DNA from: a bacterium
GTDB taxonomy: Bacteria > Desulfobacterota > Deferrisomatia > Deferrisomatales > BM512
Reading direction: 5' to 3'
Assembly (NCBI GenBank): GCA_009724975.1
Contig: SRXB01000002.1
Coordinates: forward strand, 1 to 32,144
Length of the DNA: 32,144 nt
Positions within the stretch are counted from its first letter, which is position 1. Each line of letters opens with the position of its first letter. The notes under the pieces were generated by a model that ran no database searches, had not been told where the DNA came from, and saw only the letters and a program-made list of their open reading frames with translations. Shown here piece after piece: positions 9,201 to 16,268 of the stretch. Position numbers and translations under genes: made by a program.

Positions 9201-9617
9201 CCAATCGACAACGCCGGCGACATTGATAATCTTATCTTCCCGCCTGCGCACGTCTTCTACGACTTTATCGTCGATTCCCAAGTCGACGGTTTCTGGCCAC
9301 TCGTATCGCGCGGGGAACTCATGGATTTGTAGCGTTATCCGTCGTGTTTCCACCTTGGTGGGCAGCGCTGCAGCTACCCAGCAGATTCGCGGCAATCCTT
9401 TTGATCTCAACCGTCCGAGGGTCTCGTTGTCTCCCGGATTTTCCCCCGTTATGGAAATCGCATGATCACCGACTTTCATAAGCAGCTCATCAGTTGTTTC
9501 GTTGAAGAACAGGAAGACTTCCGTCTTGGGGCGAACCTCTAGCCCAAACGCGTCCCCTCGGGCTGGCCGCACGCCAACCGCAGTCATCCCTCCATGTGGG
9601 ACCTGATGAACGTTCAT
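6246..9617 (-). CDS. Superfamily-1 UPF1/DNA2-like (COG1112-type) helicase with ~450-aa N-terminal non-helicase extension
   Basis: Motifs seen: Walker A LIQGPPGTGKT, motif II VVVDEAARANP, ILVGDHRQLP, LDVQYRMHPILGDFVSDTFY, VGTVDAFQGKEFDVVILS and LCVAMSRQQRLLIVVGD. The ATG at 9617 overlaps the kinase stop as ATGA. The longer ORF reaching 9776 would overlap the kinase gene and is rejected. Confidence 0.85.
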   Translation of the reverse strand: MNVHQVPHGGMTAVGVRPARGDAFGLEVRPKTEVFLFFNETTDELLMKVGDHAISITGENPGDNETLGRLRSKGLPRICWVAAALPTKVETRRITLQIHEFPARYEWPETVDLGIDDKVVEDVRRREDKIINVAGVVDWLTERVLLVPFEPGGLIRALLTGSPDLQGEKKTAFRLHGVGISIDVSRTKENRLLVTRIVQSKRSDRLEERRPVILVQGNIRFCDLTMAGQFRGTARSMLDQMVAGAGSYLKLWGDYNHIERESILKRARALGWLSYKGKPELLREGIWRFSLKDAPNVDTVLSAIFDNEDVSLEVAEAPPSELHSSGGRDGAGEEVKKSRVAFVGKPVAYNLNAKTIDLSSSRGDDDTIPPRDGAIFMSLSGDRKRLKRRELALRSIVTAECRMPELGLIIERAPIHERRGKTWQPLSGAVKAAFGAEPTARQIEALKVAINTPDIALIQGPPGTGKTMVIAALQSRLAEIAEESRGISGQTLLTSYQHDAVENAAERTVVYGLPAIKVGRRRGQDTEDDGFERWRKERVDAVRADLAQFPTRPVTEALKRVRDIAAAYVGSPTGMEDAIQALASVRSEGGDHFQAELKDRFLTLQLQLQKGHLLKGGLAAEDTDFAMKAVRGLRVEPTTFGDDGPQSAYRVLSRIDSNGQLDEQERALLERAAEWPDPDAPPPFLQELEQLKGVLLDRLQGDQRPLGVRLVNDDVQALLVEAVEALYQRARQTAGGEEVVLSEYLDDLENDSESMRDSIREYTAVLAATCQQAVGYRMSIIKGGESASLWEAEPNSIVFENVVVDEAARANPLDLLIPLSCAERRIILVGDHRQLPHILEPDVELQLEESVLEATRDSLRKSMFWRLFEDMRERERVDGIKRTVTLDVQYRMHPILGDFVSDTFYKPHGESFRSGRPASDFVHGLERYRDAVAAWVNIPYSAGSEKGKQSKFRPVEARWIAKETKRMLELRSDLSVGIISFYSAQVDEINKALSMNGLTEQLDNGSFAVAPAWRELLDSNGKLKDRLRVGTVDAFQGKEFDVVILSMTRSNEFPSGGGKTLRRKFGHLMLENRLCVAMSRQQRLLIVVGDEGMLTVNDASEAIPGLIAFHDLCGGEHGIRLSA
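6445..6453 (-). repeat. G9 homopolymer (coding strand) inside the helicase CDS
   Basis: The plus strand has nine consecutive C. It encodes the SGGG of NEFPSGGGKTL, upstream of helicase motif VI. Confidence 0.9.
8517..8524 (-). repeat. C8 homopolymer (coding strand) inside the helicase CDS
   Basis: The plus strand has eight consecutive G. It falls in the codons for TIPPRD in the N-terminal extension. Confidence 0.9.
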
Positions 9618-11023
9618 GACGGACCCCCAGGATGAAACTCGAACCGTACGACCCGATGCACTTCTGCCTTGTCGCCAAGATGTAAATAAAGTGAAGATTT
9701 CCTCGGTTCGAGCTTCGTCGTGACGGGTCGTAAGCCTAGATCCATCTGTTTGGTCCTGGATGCCGATATGAGGCAATAGCTCGCGCCATCTAGAGATTTT
9801 AGGGACAGAACGTCCCCTGACAGACTCAATTCGACCAGCTCCCTACAATGAGACCCAGGAGTTGACCCGAAGGCCAAACGGCTATCGATGCGAAGGGGTA
9901 CCTGCTCATCCATGATCGCGATCTCGGCGATAACAGGTTTCTTATCCGGACGCTCCAATACTTCCTTGCCCTCACCAAGAGAAGGGTCCCAGAGGTAAAA
10001 GATAATGCGGACAAATGTTGGCCGTTGGTGGTCGCACCATGGGCAGTGCGCTTCGTTGTAGTAGTAGCTACCGCCGCAGCTTGGGCAATTCAAGGTGCGG
10101 TCGGCGGATGCGTGCAGTCGCTCAGCCCATTCGGCAATGCCCGGCCGCTTGGTTGGCTCGTTCAACCCCTCTTCGAAAGATCTGCGACACAGTTTTCTGA
10201 GTTCCGGCGACAACACCATTTCTCGCGGGATTCCGCTGTGGCAGCGGTTCAAGTTGTCACCCTCGTGCTCGATCCACGGGAGCTCCCCCAACAGGGCTTT
10301 TTCCTCCAGACAAGGCTCACCTTCCGTCACGTAATCTCCAATCAGTGGGTGAGCCAAGGTGAGTGTTTGAAACGCCAAGACTGAAAATGCGTGTGCATCT
10401 GTCAGTGAGTTGACGCCCGAGAGCCCCTTCAGAAGTTCGGGGGCCCCATAACTCGGGGTGTAAATCGTCTGCGCGACCGGAGAAGAGGAGTAAGTAAGGT
10501 TGTCGGCATCGATAAAGGCGACTTCCTGTGCATCGACAGACTCTGACACGAAGATGTTCGCCGGGGACGGATCACCGTAGACCAAGCCCTTGCTGTGGAG
10601 CTTGGCAAGTATGTCGGCCGATTTTGCCAGAAGTCGAAGACGCCTTTTGAGTCCACCCCCGGAAAAATACCATCTCACGAGGGACGGCGTACCCTTCGGG
10701 ACAGCGGCCAGCGTCTTCAATGGCACCATCCCCGACATCAACTCCATGACGTAGCCTAAATACGGGCTACGCAGAACTGCCAAAGGTTTGGCAATGGCAA
10801 CATCCTGAAGGGGGAGGCGTTTGACAAACGTAATCTGATTTTTCAATCGCTCCCGCTGTGCCGAGGTCCTGTTTATGAGAATTTTGACGGCAAGTTTGCC
10901 CCCCTCGACTTCAAAAACAGTCCCCTGACCGCCACTCTTTGGGGATGCGGTAGCGCTAAGGGGATAGCGGTGGCCATGTAAATCCACAACCTCTTTGGGC
11001 GCATTACTCATGGCTCGCTGCAC
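9614..11023 (-). CDS. Ser/Thr protein kinase (TerY-P triad kinase) with internal zinc ribbon and beta-rich C-terminal domain
   Basis: Motifs seen: Gly-rich loop SGGQGTVFEV, LAVKIL lysine, catalytic loop HSKGLVYGDPSPANIFV, FIDADN (DFG position), SYGAPE, and CPSCGG...CPWCD. The start is either the GTG at 11023 or the ATG at 11011. Both overlap the PP2C stop (11004-11006). Confidence 0.8.
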   Translation of the reverse strand: MQRAMSNAPKEVVDLHGHRYPLSATASPKSGGQGTVFEVEGGKLAVKILINRTSAQRERLKNQITFVKRLPLQDVAIAKPLAVLRSPYLGYVMELMSGMVPLKTLAAVPKGTPSLVRWYFSGGGLKRRLRLLAKSADILAKLHSKGLVYGDPSPANIFVSESVDAQEVAFIDADNLTYSSSPVAQTIYTPSYGAPELLKGLSGVNSLTDAHAFSVLAFQTLTLAHPLIGDYVTEGEPCLEEKALLGELPWIEHEGDNLNRCHSGIPREMVLSPELRKLCRRSFEEGLNEPTKRPGIAEWAERLHASADRTLNCPSCGGSYYYNEAHCPWCDHQRPTFVRIIFYLWDPSLGEGKEVLERPDKKPVIAEIAIMDEQVPLRIDSRLAFGSTPGSHCRELVELSLSGDVLSLKSLDGASYCLISASRTKQMDLGLRPVTTKLEPRKSSLYLHLGDKAEVHRVVRFEFHPGGPS

Positions 11024-11753
11024 TCTCTTTCATCCACAGAATGACCAAGGTTTTGTCGTCAATATGGTGAGGAGTTGGCCACTCCCTCAGTTCTCTCCTG
11101 AGCGAATGCCAGCGCTTTAAAGGAGGCATCGCGCCGAACTCCTCGAGCAGCCAAATTACAAAGTCATCGACCCTATCTGGTATCAAGTCATCAGAGATAC
11201 CGTCTGTTGCCAAAAGAACGATTGCTTCTCCCGTGACGCGAAAGTCCTGCAGGGTCCAATTGCTGACCTGGAGATTTTGCCCCAAAGCTCTTGTATTATT
11301 TGAAAAGTTGTCCCCGCGCTGGCCGTGAATCCATTCCGTGTCCTCGCCACCCCGCTTTATGACCGCCATTCCATCTCCCAACCCGCCAATCAGCAAATTG
11401 CCATCGGGGCGTTTCAGAGCGAACAAACAGGTAGCTTTGCTGGCGCCAGGCGGAAATGGCAATACAAGTCTCTGCCAGGTCGGCTCAATCTGCGTGATCA
11501 GTTCAGTTGGCGTGCCGCCCGAAAGTTTGCTCCACTTTTTGACGGATTGAACAACAGCCTCGCACGCACACTTCGCACCGTGTCTTGCGTGAGGGCATGA
11601 ACCTACTCCGTCACTGACGACGATCAGGTCGCCGAAAGCCCCCTTGGCTCTCATCCAGGCGTCTGCATTGGGCATGTGCCTGGCCCTGTGATAAGGCCCC
11701 GCCTCGGAGGCCCCGAATGCAAGGGTTTCCCCTCTGCTAGAAAACGTCTTCAT
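11004..11753 (-). CDS. PP2C-family Ser/Thr phosphatase (TerY-P triad)
   Basis: 249-aa ORF with LIVVSDGVGSCPH and VLLATDGISDDL metal-binding Asp motifs typical of PP2C. The start overlaps the vWA gene end by 17 nt. Confidence 0.8.
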   Translation of the reverse strand: MKTFSSRGETLAFGASEAGPYHRARHMPNADAWMRAKGAFGDLIVVSDGVGSCPHARHGAKCACEAVVQSVKKWSKLSGGTPTELITQIEPTWQRLVLPFPPGASKATCLFALKRPDGNLLIGGLGDGMAVIKRGGEDTEWIHGQRGDNFSNNTRALGQNLQVSNWTLQDFRVTGEAIVLLATDGISDDLIPDRVDDFVIWLLEEFGAMPPLKRWHSLRRELREWPTPHHIDDKTLVILWMKESAASHE

Positions 11754-12399
11754 CGAAATCGATCGGGTCGCTCGGAATGAAGCTGTCGGGGTTTACGCTG
11801 CGTGAGCGCTCCGTCACGCTCATCGTGACCCACTTGAAAAACTTTTTGATCTGTCGAACATCTTGTGCAGAGAAGACCTTGCCGTTTGGATCCGCCAAAA
11901 AAGCTGAAAGCATTGTCATGTCGGCATCATCGCCGATTCCCAAAGCAAAGCGGCTGGCCTTGGAACCACGCGGAGAGGACAAAAGGTCTTGCAACGGCTG
12001 TTGCCAGTCATCGGTAGGTTGACCGTCAGATACCAGGATCAAAGTCGGCGAGTAGGACCGGCTGGGTATCTGTTGCCGATCCTCGATCAACTGAAGAGCG
12101 GTATTAAGGGCCGCACCTAGAGGTGTAGCCCCGGCTGCAGTCATTCTTTGCCATGAGGTCTGTCCTGCAGGTGTCAGGGCTTGATGGAGTTGCCCCCCAT
12201 TTTTGCCGAAAGTGATGGTGGCCACATGGATTTCTGCCCTGTGGTCATCCTCACTGGCAAATGTCCGCAGCATTTCCTCGATGGAGTCATTGAGCACGTC
12301 AATTTTGCCATTTGTGCTCATACTGCCACTGACGTCAGCAAGAAGGATCACAGGGAGTGGGCGAGCGGTGCCGACGACGAATTCCTTTAGTTTGCTCAT
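11737..12399 (-). CDS. TerY-like von Willebrand factor A (vWA) domain protein (TerY-P triad)
   Basis: MIDAS motif LLADVSGSMS, followed by ATPLGAAL and LILVSDGQPTDD. ATG codons occur at 12405 and 12399; GAGGAA spacing favours 12399. The gene starts 5-11 nt after the RtcR-like stop (12410-12412). Confidence 0.8.
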   Translation of the reverse strand: MSKLKEFVVGTARPLPVILLADVSGSMSTNGKIDVLNDSIEEMLRTFASEDDHRAEIHVATITFGKNGGQLHQALTPAGQTSWQRMTAAGATPLGAALNTALQLIEDRQQIPSRSYSPTLILVSDGQPTDDWQQPLQDLLSSPRGSKASRFALGIGDDADMTMLSAFLADPNGKVFSAQDVRQIKKFFKWVTMSVTERSRSVNPDSFIPSDPIDFDEDVF

Positions 12400-12409
12400 G
12401 TTCATTTCC

Positions 12410-14062
12410 TCAGTTGAGTTGTCTGTCGAGCCAGTTTCTGATTGTTCGCTCAGTCACATCGCAGAGACTTTCTACTGGGACTCCGCGCGACTTCGCGATC
12501 CTCCGGATTTCTCCCGCCAGATATCGCCTGAACTCACCTTCAATCTGGGCGCAATCGATGGCCCCCGCAGACTGCAGCACAAGGTCAAGCGGCTGCCGAT
12601 CCGCAAAACAGCGCGCGACCCGCGGGGCGATCGCTTCCGTTTGTCTCTGTGTCGACGAGGAAAAATCGAGAGCTGATAACGCCTCGTCGATCGCCTGGTC
12701 GGGAGATAATCGGGTTTCCTCATCGCTGCGGGCAGCCAGGAAATGGTAAGCGACTTGATAAAGGGTTCGGAGATTGCCAGGGAGAGGATGCTGCTGCAAA
12801 AATCGCACAATCTTGTTGCTCTGCGCTTTACCGATCGATCTCGATCTGTGCGGGACACCGGAACGCTGGGCCGCGTTCTCGTAGACCTGCTCCCAGAGCC
12901 AAGGGATATCCTCTGGTATGTCCCGGAGAGCTGGGAAGTGGAGAACGAACGTGCTGATCCGATCAAGGAAGTCGCGATCAAGACGGCTTTCCAAAATGTC
13001 CCAAGGGAGATTGGTGGCTGTCAATAAGCGAAAGTTGCTTTCCACAGGCTGGTTGTCACCAAGGGGGTAGTACCGTTTTTCCTCCAACGCCTTTATCAGG
13101 AGTCTCTGGACCTCCTTTGACACGTCACCGACTTCGTCCAGAAAGAGCGTATCGTTGTTGGCTTTAGAGAGAAGGCCTTCCTTTTTGAATTTAGCGTCCG
13201 TGAAGGAGCCCTTCGCATGGCCGAAGAGTTCTGACCGCATGGTTTCGGGCGTATACTGGCCACAGGCCACGGCGGGCCACTCGGCCCCCTTGCCATTCTT
13301 GAACTGACTATGAAGTCTGATCCAGCTTCCCAAGGTGGTTTTCCCGGTGCCGCGTTCGCCCAGGATAAGGATCGGTACGTTCAATTTGGCATAACGGGCA
13401 GCTTTTTCATAAAGTGCGATGAGAGCCGCAGACCGAAAGAGCCGACGGTCCCATAGTATCTGTTGTTCTGAGGTTTCGACCTGTAATGGTCTGGTGGAAA
13501 CGAATTTTTTGTAAAACGTATCGATACCGATTTCTACGTTCCCAATTACCTGCCCATCTGGTCGCTCGCCTTTTCGATAGGATTTTACAAGTCGGAGCGG
13601 CGGAGCGATGAAACCCGTTTCCGCCATCAGTACCCAAATAGTGTGCATCGACGGGGTTCCGGGGCTCACATGGATAATGAGCTCGCGGTTTAGATACTGC
13701 TGGCGAAGCCGCGGAAGCTGATCTTCTAGAAACTCAAAGATGCTTTTGTGGTCGGTCGGATCGTCGGAATGCCAGCAGAGGGTTCGGGCCTTGATCCCAC
13801 TGTCGCGTTTGCGAATTTCACCTATTGTTTCTTCAGCCGTCTGCTTCTCCTCAGTACGTCCTGAAGAATCCTGACGGTAGAGTAAAATCACGTCCTTGAC
13901 GGTACCGCGCAGAGGCGACCCCTCGGAGAAAAGCAGGTTCAATGTGGGCCCCGGTATGGGGACTCCGTCAACGAGACGATAGCTCCTGGATTCGCGTTGC
14001 CTCTCAAACGGGTCATTGTTGAAGGCGGCCCATGATATGAGGACGGCGTCTTTATTTGTCAC
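12410..14062 (-). CDS. RtcR-like sigma54-dependent transcriptional activator (N-terminal CARF-type domain, AAA+ core, C-terminal HTH)
   Basis: GTG start at 14062 with GGAGG 10 nt upstream. Motifs seen: Walker A ILGERGTGKTTL, sigma54-contact loop ELFGHAKGSFTDA (GAFTGA-like), Walker B LFLDEVGD, and RLLTATN. The N-terminal ~190 aa include LIIHVSPGTPSMHTIWVLMAETGF, which resembles the RtcR N-terminal domain from memory. The C-terminal ESLCDVTERTIRNWL is HTH-like. Confidence 0.75.
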   Translation of the reverse strand: MTNKDAVLISWAAFNNDPFERQRESRSYRLVDGVPIPGPTLNLLFSEGSPLRGTVKDVILLYRQDSSGRTEEKQTAEETIGEIRKRDSGIKARTLCWHSDDPTDHKSIFEFLEDQLPRLRQQYLNRELIIHVSPGTPSMHTIWVLMAETGFIAPPLRLVKSYRKGERPDGQVIGNVEIGIDTFYKKFVSTRPLQVETSEQQILWDRRLFRSAALIALYEKAARYAKLNVPILILGERGTGKTTLGSWIRLHSQFKNGKGAEWPAVACGQYTPETMRSELFGHAKGSFTDAKFKKEGLLSKANNDTLFLDEVGDVSKEVQRLLIKALEEKRYYPLGDNQPVESNFRLLTATNLPWDILESRLDRDFLDRISTFVLHFPALRDIPEDIPWLWEQVYENAAQRSGVPHRSRSIGKAQSNKIVRFLQQHPLPGNLRTLYQVAYHFLAARSDEETRLSPDQAIDEALSALDFSSSTQRQTEAIAPRVARCFADRQPLDLVLQSAGAIDCAQIEGEFRRYLAGEIRRIAKSRGVPVESLCDVTERTIRNWLDRQLN

Positions 14063-14124
14063 TGGAAACAGGCCTCCACCGACAGAATGTCTTTGAATGA
14101 CATCATAAAAACCAGTGGGAAAAT

Positions 14125-14490
14125 CTATGCTGCCGCATGACCATGAAAATAATCGTCGCTTTTATTGCTTTTCCGCCAGACTTTCCCATACCGGGGTTTC
14201 AGCCCACGGAAATTGTGATTACGATAGGCAGTGAGGACGGTGCCGGACTGGGAGCAAACCACGTGAATGCCCTCGCACCTTTCAAGATTAATCCCCAGGT
14301 CCCTTTGAAATTTAATTTCCTTGATCCCAACTACGTAAATAATTGCCCCCCGAATTTGGATCGCCCGCCCATAAGTAAGAACGTTGTCAATATCGCTACT
14401 GCGAATGTGTCTGTCACTCATCCTCTCCAAAGCATGCTTAGTCAAAATCGCTTCGACGTCGCCCGACCACTCCGCATTGTGTCCTTGCAT
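14125..14490 (-). CDS. DUF4258-like small protein; first gene behind the candidate sigma54 promoter
   Basis: 121-aa ORF with ATG at 14490 preceded by GGAGGTGAACC. TKHALERMSDRHIRSSDIDNVLTYG resembles the DUF4258 H-A-x-E-R-M signature. GC content is visibly lower than in neighbouring genes. Confidence 0.45.
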   Translation of the reverse strand: MQGHNAEWSGDVEAILTKHALERMSDRHIRSSDIDNVLTYGRAIQIRGAIIYVVGIKEIKFQRDLGINLERCEGIHVVCSQSGTVLTAYRNHNFRGLKPRYGKVWRKSNKSDDYFHGHAAA

Positions 14491-14526
14491 GGTTCACCTC
14501 CGTGGATGGATGTTGACCATTAATTT

Positions 14527-14542
14527 TGCCAACAGCATGCCA
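14527..14542 (-). promoter_or_regulatory. Candidate sigma54 (-24/-12) promoter
   Basis: The minus strand reads TGGCATGCTGTTGGCA. GG and GC are spaced exactly as in the consensus TGGCACG-N4-TTGCW. The element ends ~37 nt upstream of the DUF4258-like ATG and lies in the same operon as a sigma54 activator. Confidence 0.5.
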
Positions 14543-14610
14543 AGAGGATCGAAAAAAATTAATTCATAAATATCGACATGTTAGATATGCATGAAGAGAT
14601 CGGTCACGAT

Positions 14611-14619
14611 ATTATATCA
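14611..14619 (-). promoter_or_regulatory. Possible extended -10 sigma70 element (TGATATAAT)
   Basis: The minus strand reads TTGATATAATATCG in the AT-rich 188-nt intergenic region. There is no convincing -35. Confidence 0.25.
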
Positions 14620-14626
14620 AAGTTTT

Positions 14627-14663
14627 CGGAAAAATAATTCCACTATAATGAATTTTATTTCCG
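14627..14663. promoter_or_regulatory. 14-nt imperfect inverted repeat; candidate activator-binding site (UAS)
   Basis: The minus strand reads CGGAAATAAAATTC-N9-GAATTATTTTTCCG, with 12 of 14 positions complementary. It is centred ~100 nt upstream of the candidate -24 element. Confidence 0.3.
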
Positions 14664-14678
14664 CAATGCGTTGCGTTG

Positions 14679-16268
14679 TTATCCTTTCCAAGGCAACGCA
14701 AGGAAGGACTCGTCCGTCGTTTTTGCGATCACGCCAGAGTCGGCGAGAAGCAATAAAGCCATGTGCAGCCTGTCGTCGCCGATGAACGGTTCGAGCCGCT
14801 TGCTGACCATGGGGGTCAACCCTTCCTCCTCAATGGTGAGGCGAAGTCTCTGCCCGTTCCCGTCAAAGCGGCTGGCGGCGACTCCAAAGTGCTGACTCAG
14901 TATCAAGTTTTCGAGGAGGTACAGGAGGAAATCGTTTAACGGGCGCCCTGCCCATTTGTCGAGAATATCGCACCAGAAACTGAGCGAGACCCTGTCCCGT
15001 CCGCCGATGCTCAGCTGGGGTGGGGCACCGTAACCGTCTCTGATTAGGCGCGTTAGGTGGGCACACGTCGCCAACAGCTTAAGGGCGACGGGAACCAAGT
15101 CGTCGCTGTTGTTCTTTAGGGCATCGAGTAAGACGTCGATCTGTCTGAAAATGCAATCCTGCGTGGGGATGGCAAACGAATTCAAGTAGTCATCGAGGGT
15201 GGGGTACCGTTGCCCCAGCGTGGAGAGCAGGTCTCCCGCGACTTGCATTCTAACGAAGAACTGGGGGTGTCCCTTGATCGCCGTCAGTGCGGACCGGAGG
15301 ATATCCTCCATGCTTTTTTCGCTTTCGTACAAGACCCTGTCCTCAACCCAGGCGAGCAGAGCCTCGAAGCCGAGCCGCTGGGCTTGTCTGGTCTGCAATA
15401 TCAGCCAGGCGAGCCAAGCGTCCTTCACCGAGTCGTCAACCCCCACGAGGCCGTGGCCTTCAACGTGGCGATAAGCCATAGCCTGCCGAATCTGGGCCAG
15501 AGTCATGGGACTGCCGGCAGCTTCCATGATCTTGAGGAGCCAGGAGATTGTCAGGCTTCTTCTGGCGATCTTGTTCTTCCCCCCGACGGTGCTCTGATCG
15601 TAGAAACTTTCGCGGAACGCGGCCCGCTCCTCATCGGAAGGGGTTCTCACGTCCCAAGCCGGGAGGAGACTCTCAGCGAGGCACTCGTCCCCCGAAAAAA
15701 GATCGAGCCCTATGAGCGCTGAATAGCCCTCACACTTCGCAAGTTCCCGGTCTAAGGCCTGGGCGAGCTTCACGCCGTGGCCGCGCGTCCTGTAAAAGTT
15801 CTTCTTGACGGGCTCGATGAAACCGAGCCCCCCCGTTGTCTTTGAAGCCGGGCCGTAGGTAGGCGCGGCGAGCAGGCTGGTGTTGTCCGGGCTACGGCTC
15901 CAAGCATCGAAGGACAAGTCCACGTCCCCCGAAGGGGTCGGGGGGACTGACGTGATCCCGGGGATCCCTCCCGGGTCAACGCCCCTGTGTCCCCAGGTAA
16001 ACAGGATTTCGGCTTTCTCCTTGAAACGGGTCATTTGCTCGTCCGTGGGATTCTGGATTTCCAAGTGCTGCGCCTGTTCGTGGAACTTCCAATAAATCCA
16101 GGAGATCACGCTAAAAACTCGCACGTAGCGCGTGTAGTTGTTAATCCCGGGCAAGCACTCGTCCATCATGTCGAGATTGGCTTGACGCAAGCCTAGGAAA
16201 TCGACCCCGCTTGACTCCTGCTTGAGCGGCGCTGAAATAAACGGCCCGATGGGAAGAGTTGTCGTCAT
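14679..16268 (-). CDS. Hypothetical 529-aa protein, translationally coupled partner of the PLD nuclease
   Basis: The ATG at 16268 overlaps the PLD stop as ATGA (16265-16268). The protein looks mostly helical and I recognised no catalytic motif. Confidence 0.6.
   Translation of the reverse strand: MTTTLPIGPFISAPLKQESSGVDFLGLRQANLDMMDECLPGINNYTRYVRVFSVISWIYWKFHEQAQHLEIQNPTDEQMTRFKEKAEILFTWGHRGVDPGGIPGITSVPPTPSGDVDLSFDAWSRSPDNTSLLAAPTYGPASKTTGGLGFIEPVKKNFYRTRGHGVKLAQALDRELAKCEGYSALIGLDLFSGDECLAESLLPAWDVRTPSDEERAAFRESFYDQSTVGGKNKIARRSLTISWLLKIMEAAGSPMTLAQIRQAMAYRHVEGHGLVGVDDSVKDAWLAWLILQTRQAQRLGFEALLAWVEDRVLYESEKSMEDILRSALTAIKGHPQFFVRMQVAGDLLSTLGQRYPTLDDYLNSFAIPTQDCIFRQIDVLLDALKNNSDDLVPVALKLLATCAHLTRLIRDGYGAPPQLSIGGRDRVSLSFWCDILDKWAGRPLNDFLLYLLENLILSQHFGVAASRFDGNGQRLRLTIEEEGLTPMVSKRLEPFIGDDRLHMALLLLADSGVIAKTTDESFLALPWKG

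Noticed and set aside
9618-9776. N-terminal 53-aa extension of the helicase ORF (ORF-track start at 9776).
   Set aside because: It would overlap the 3' end of the kinase gene by 160 nt. The ATG at 9617 forms a classic ATGA stop/start overlap with the kinase stop.
14641-14650. A plus-strand TATAAT inside the loop of the palindrome, as a divergent promoter.
   Set aside because: No credible plus-strand gene lies downstream, and the region is AT-rich enough for chance matches.
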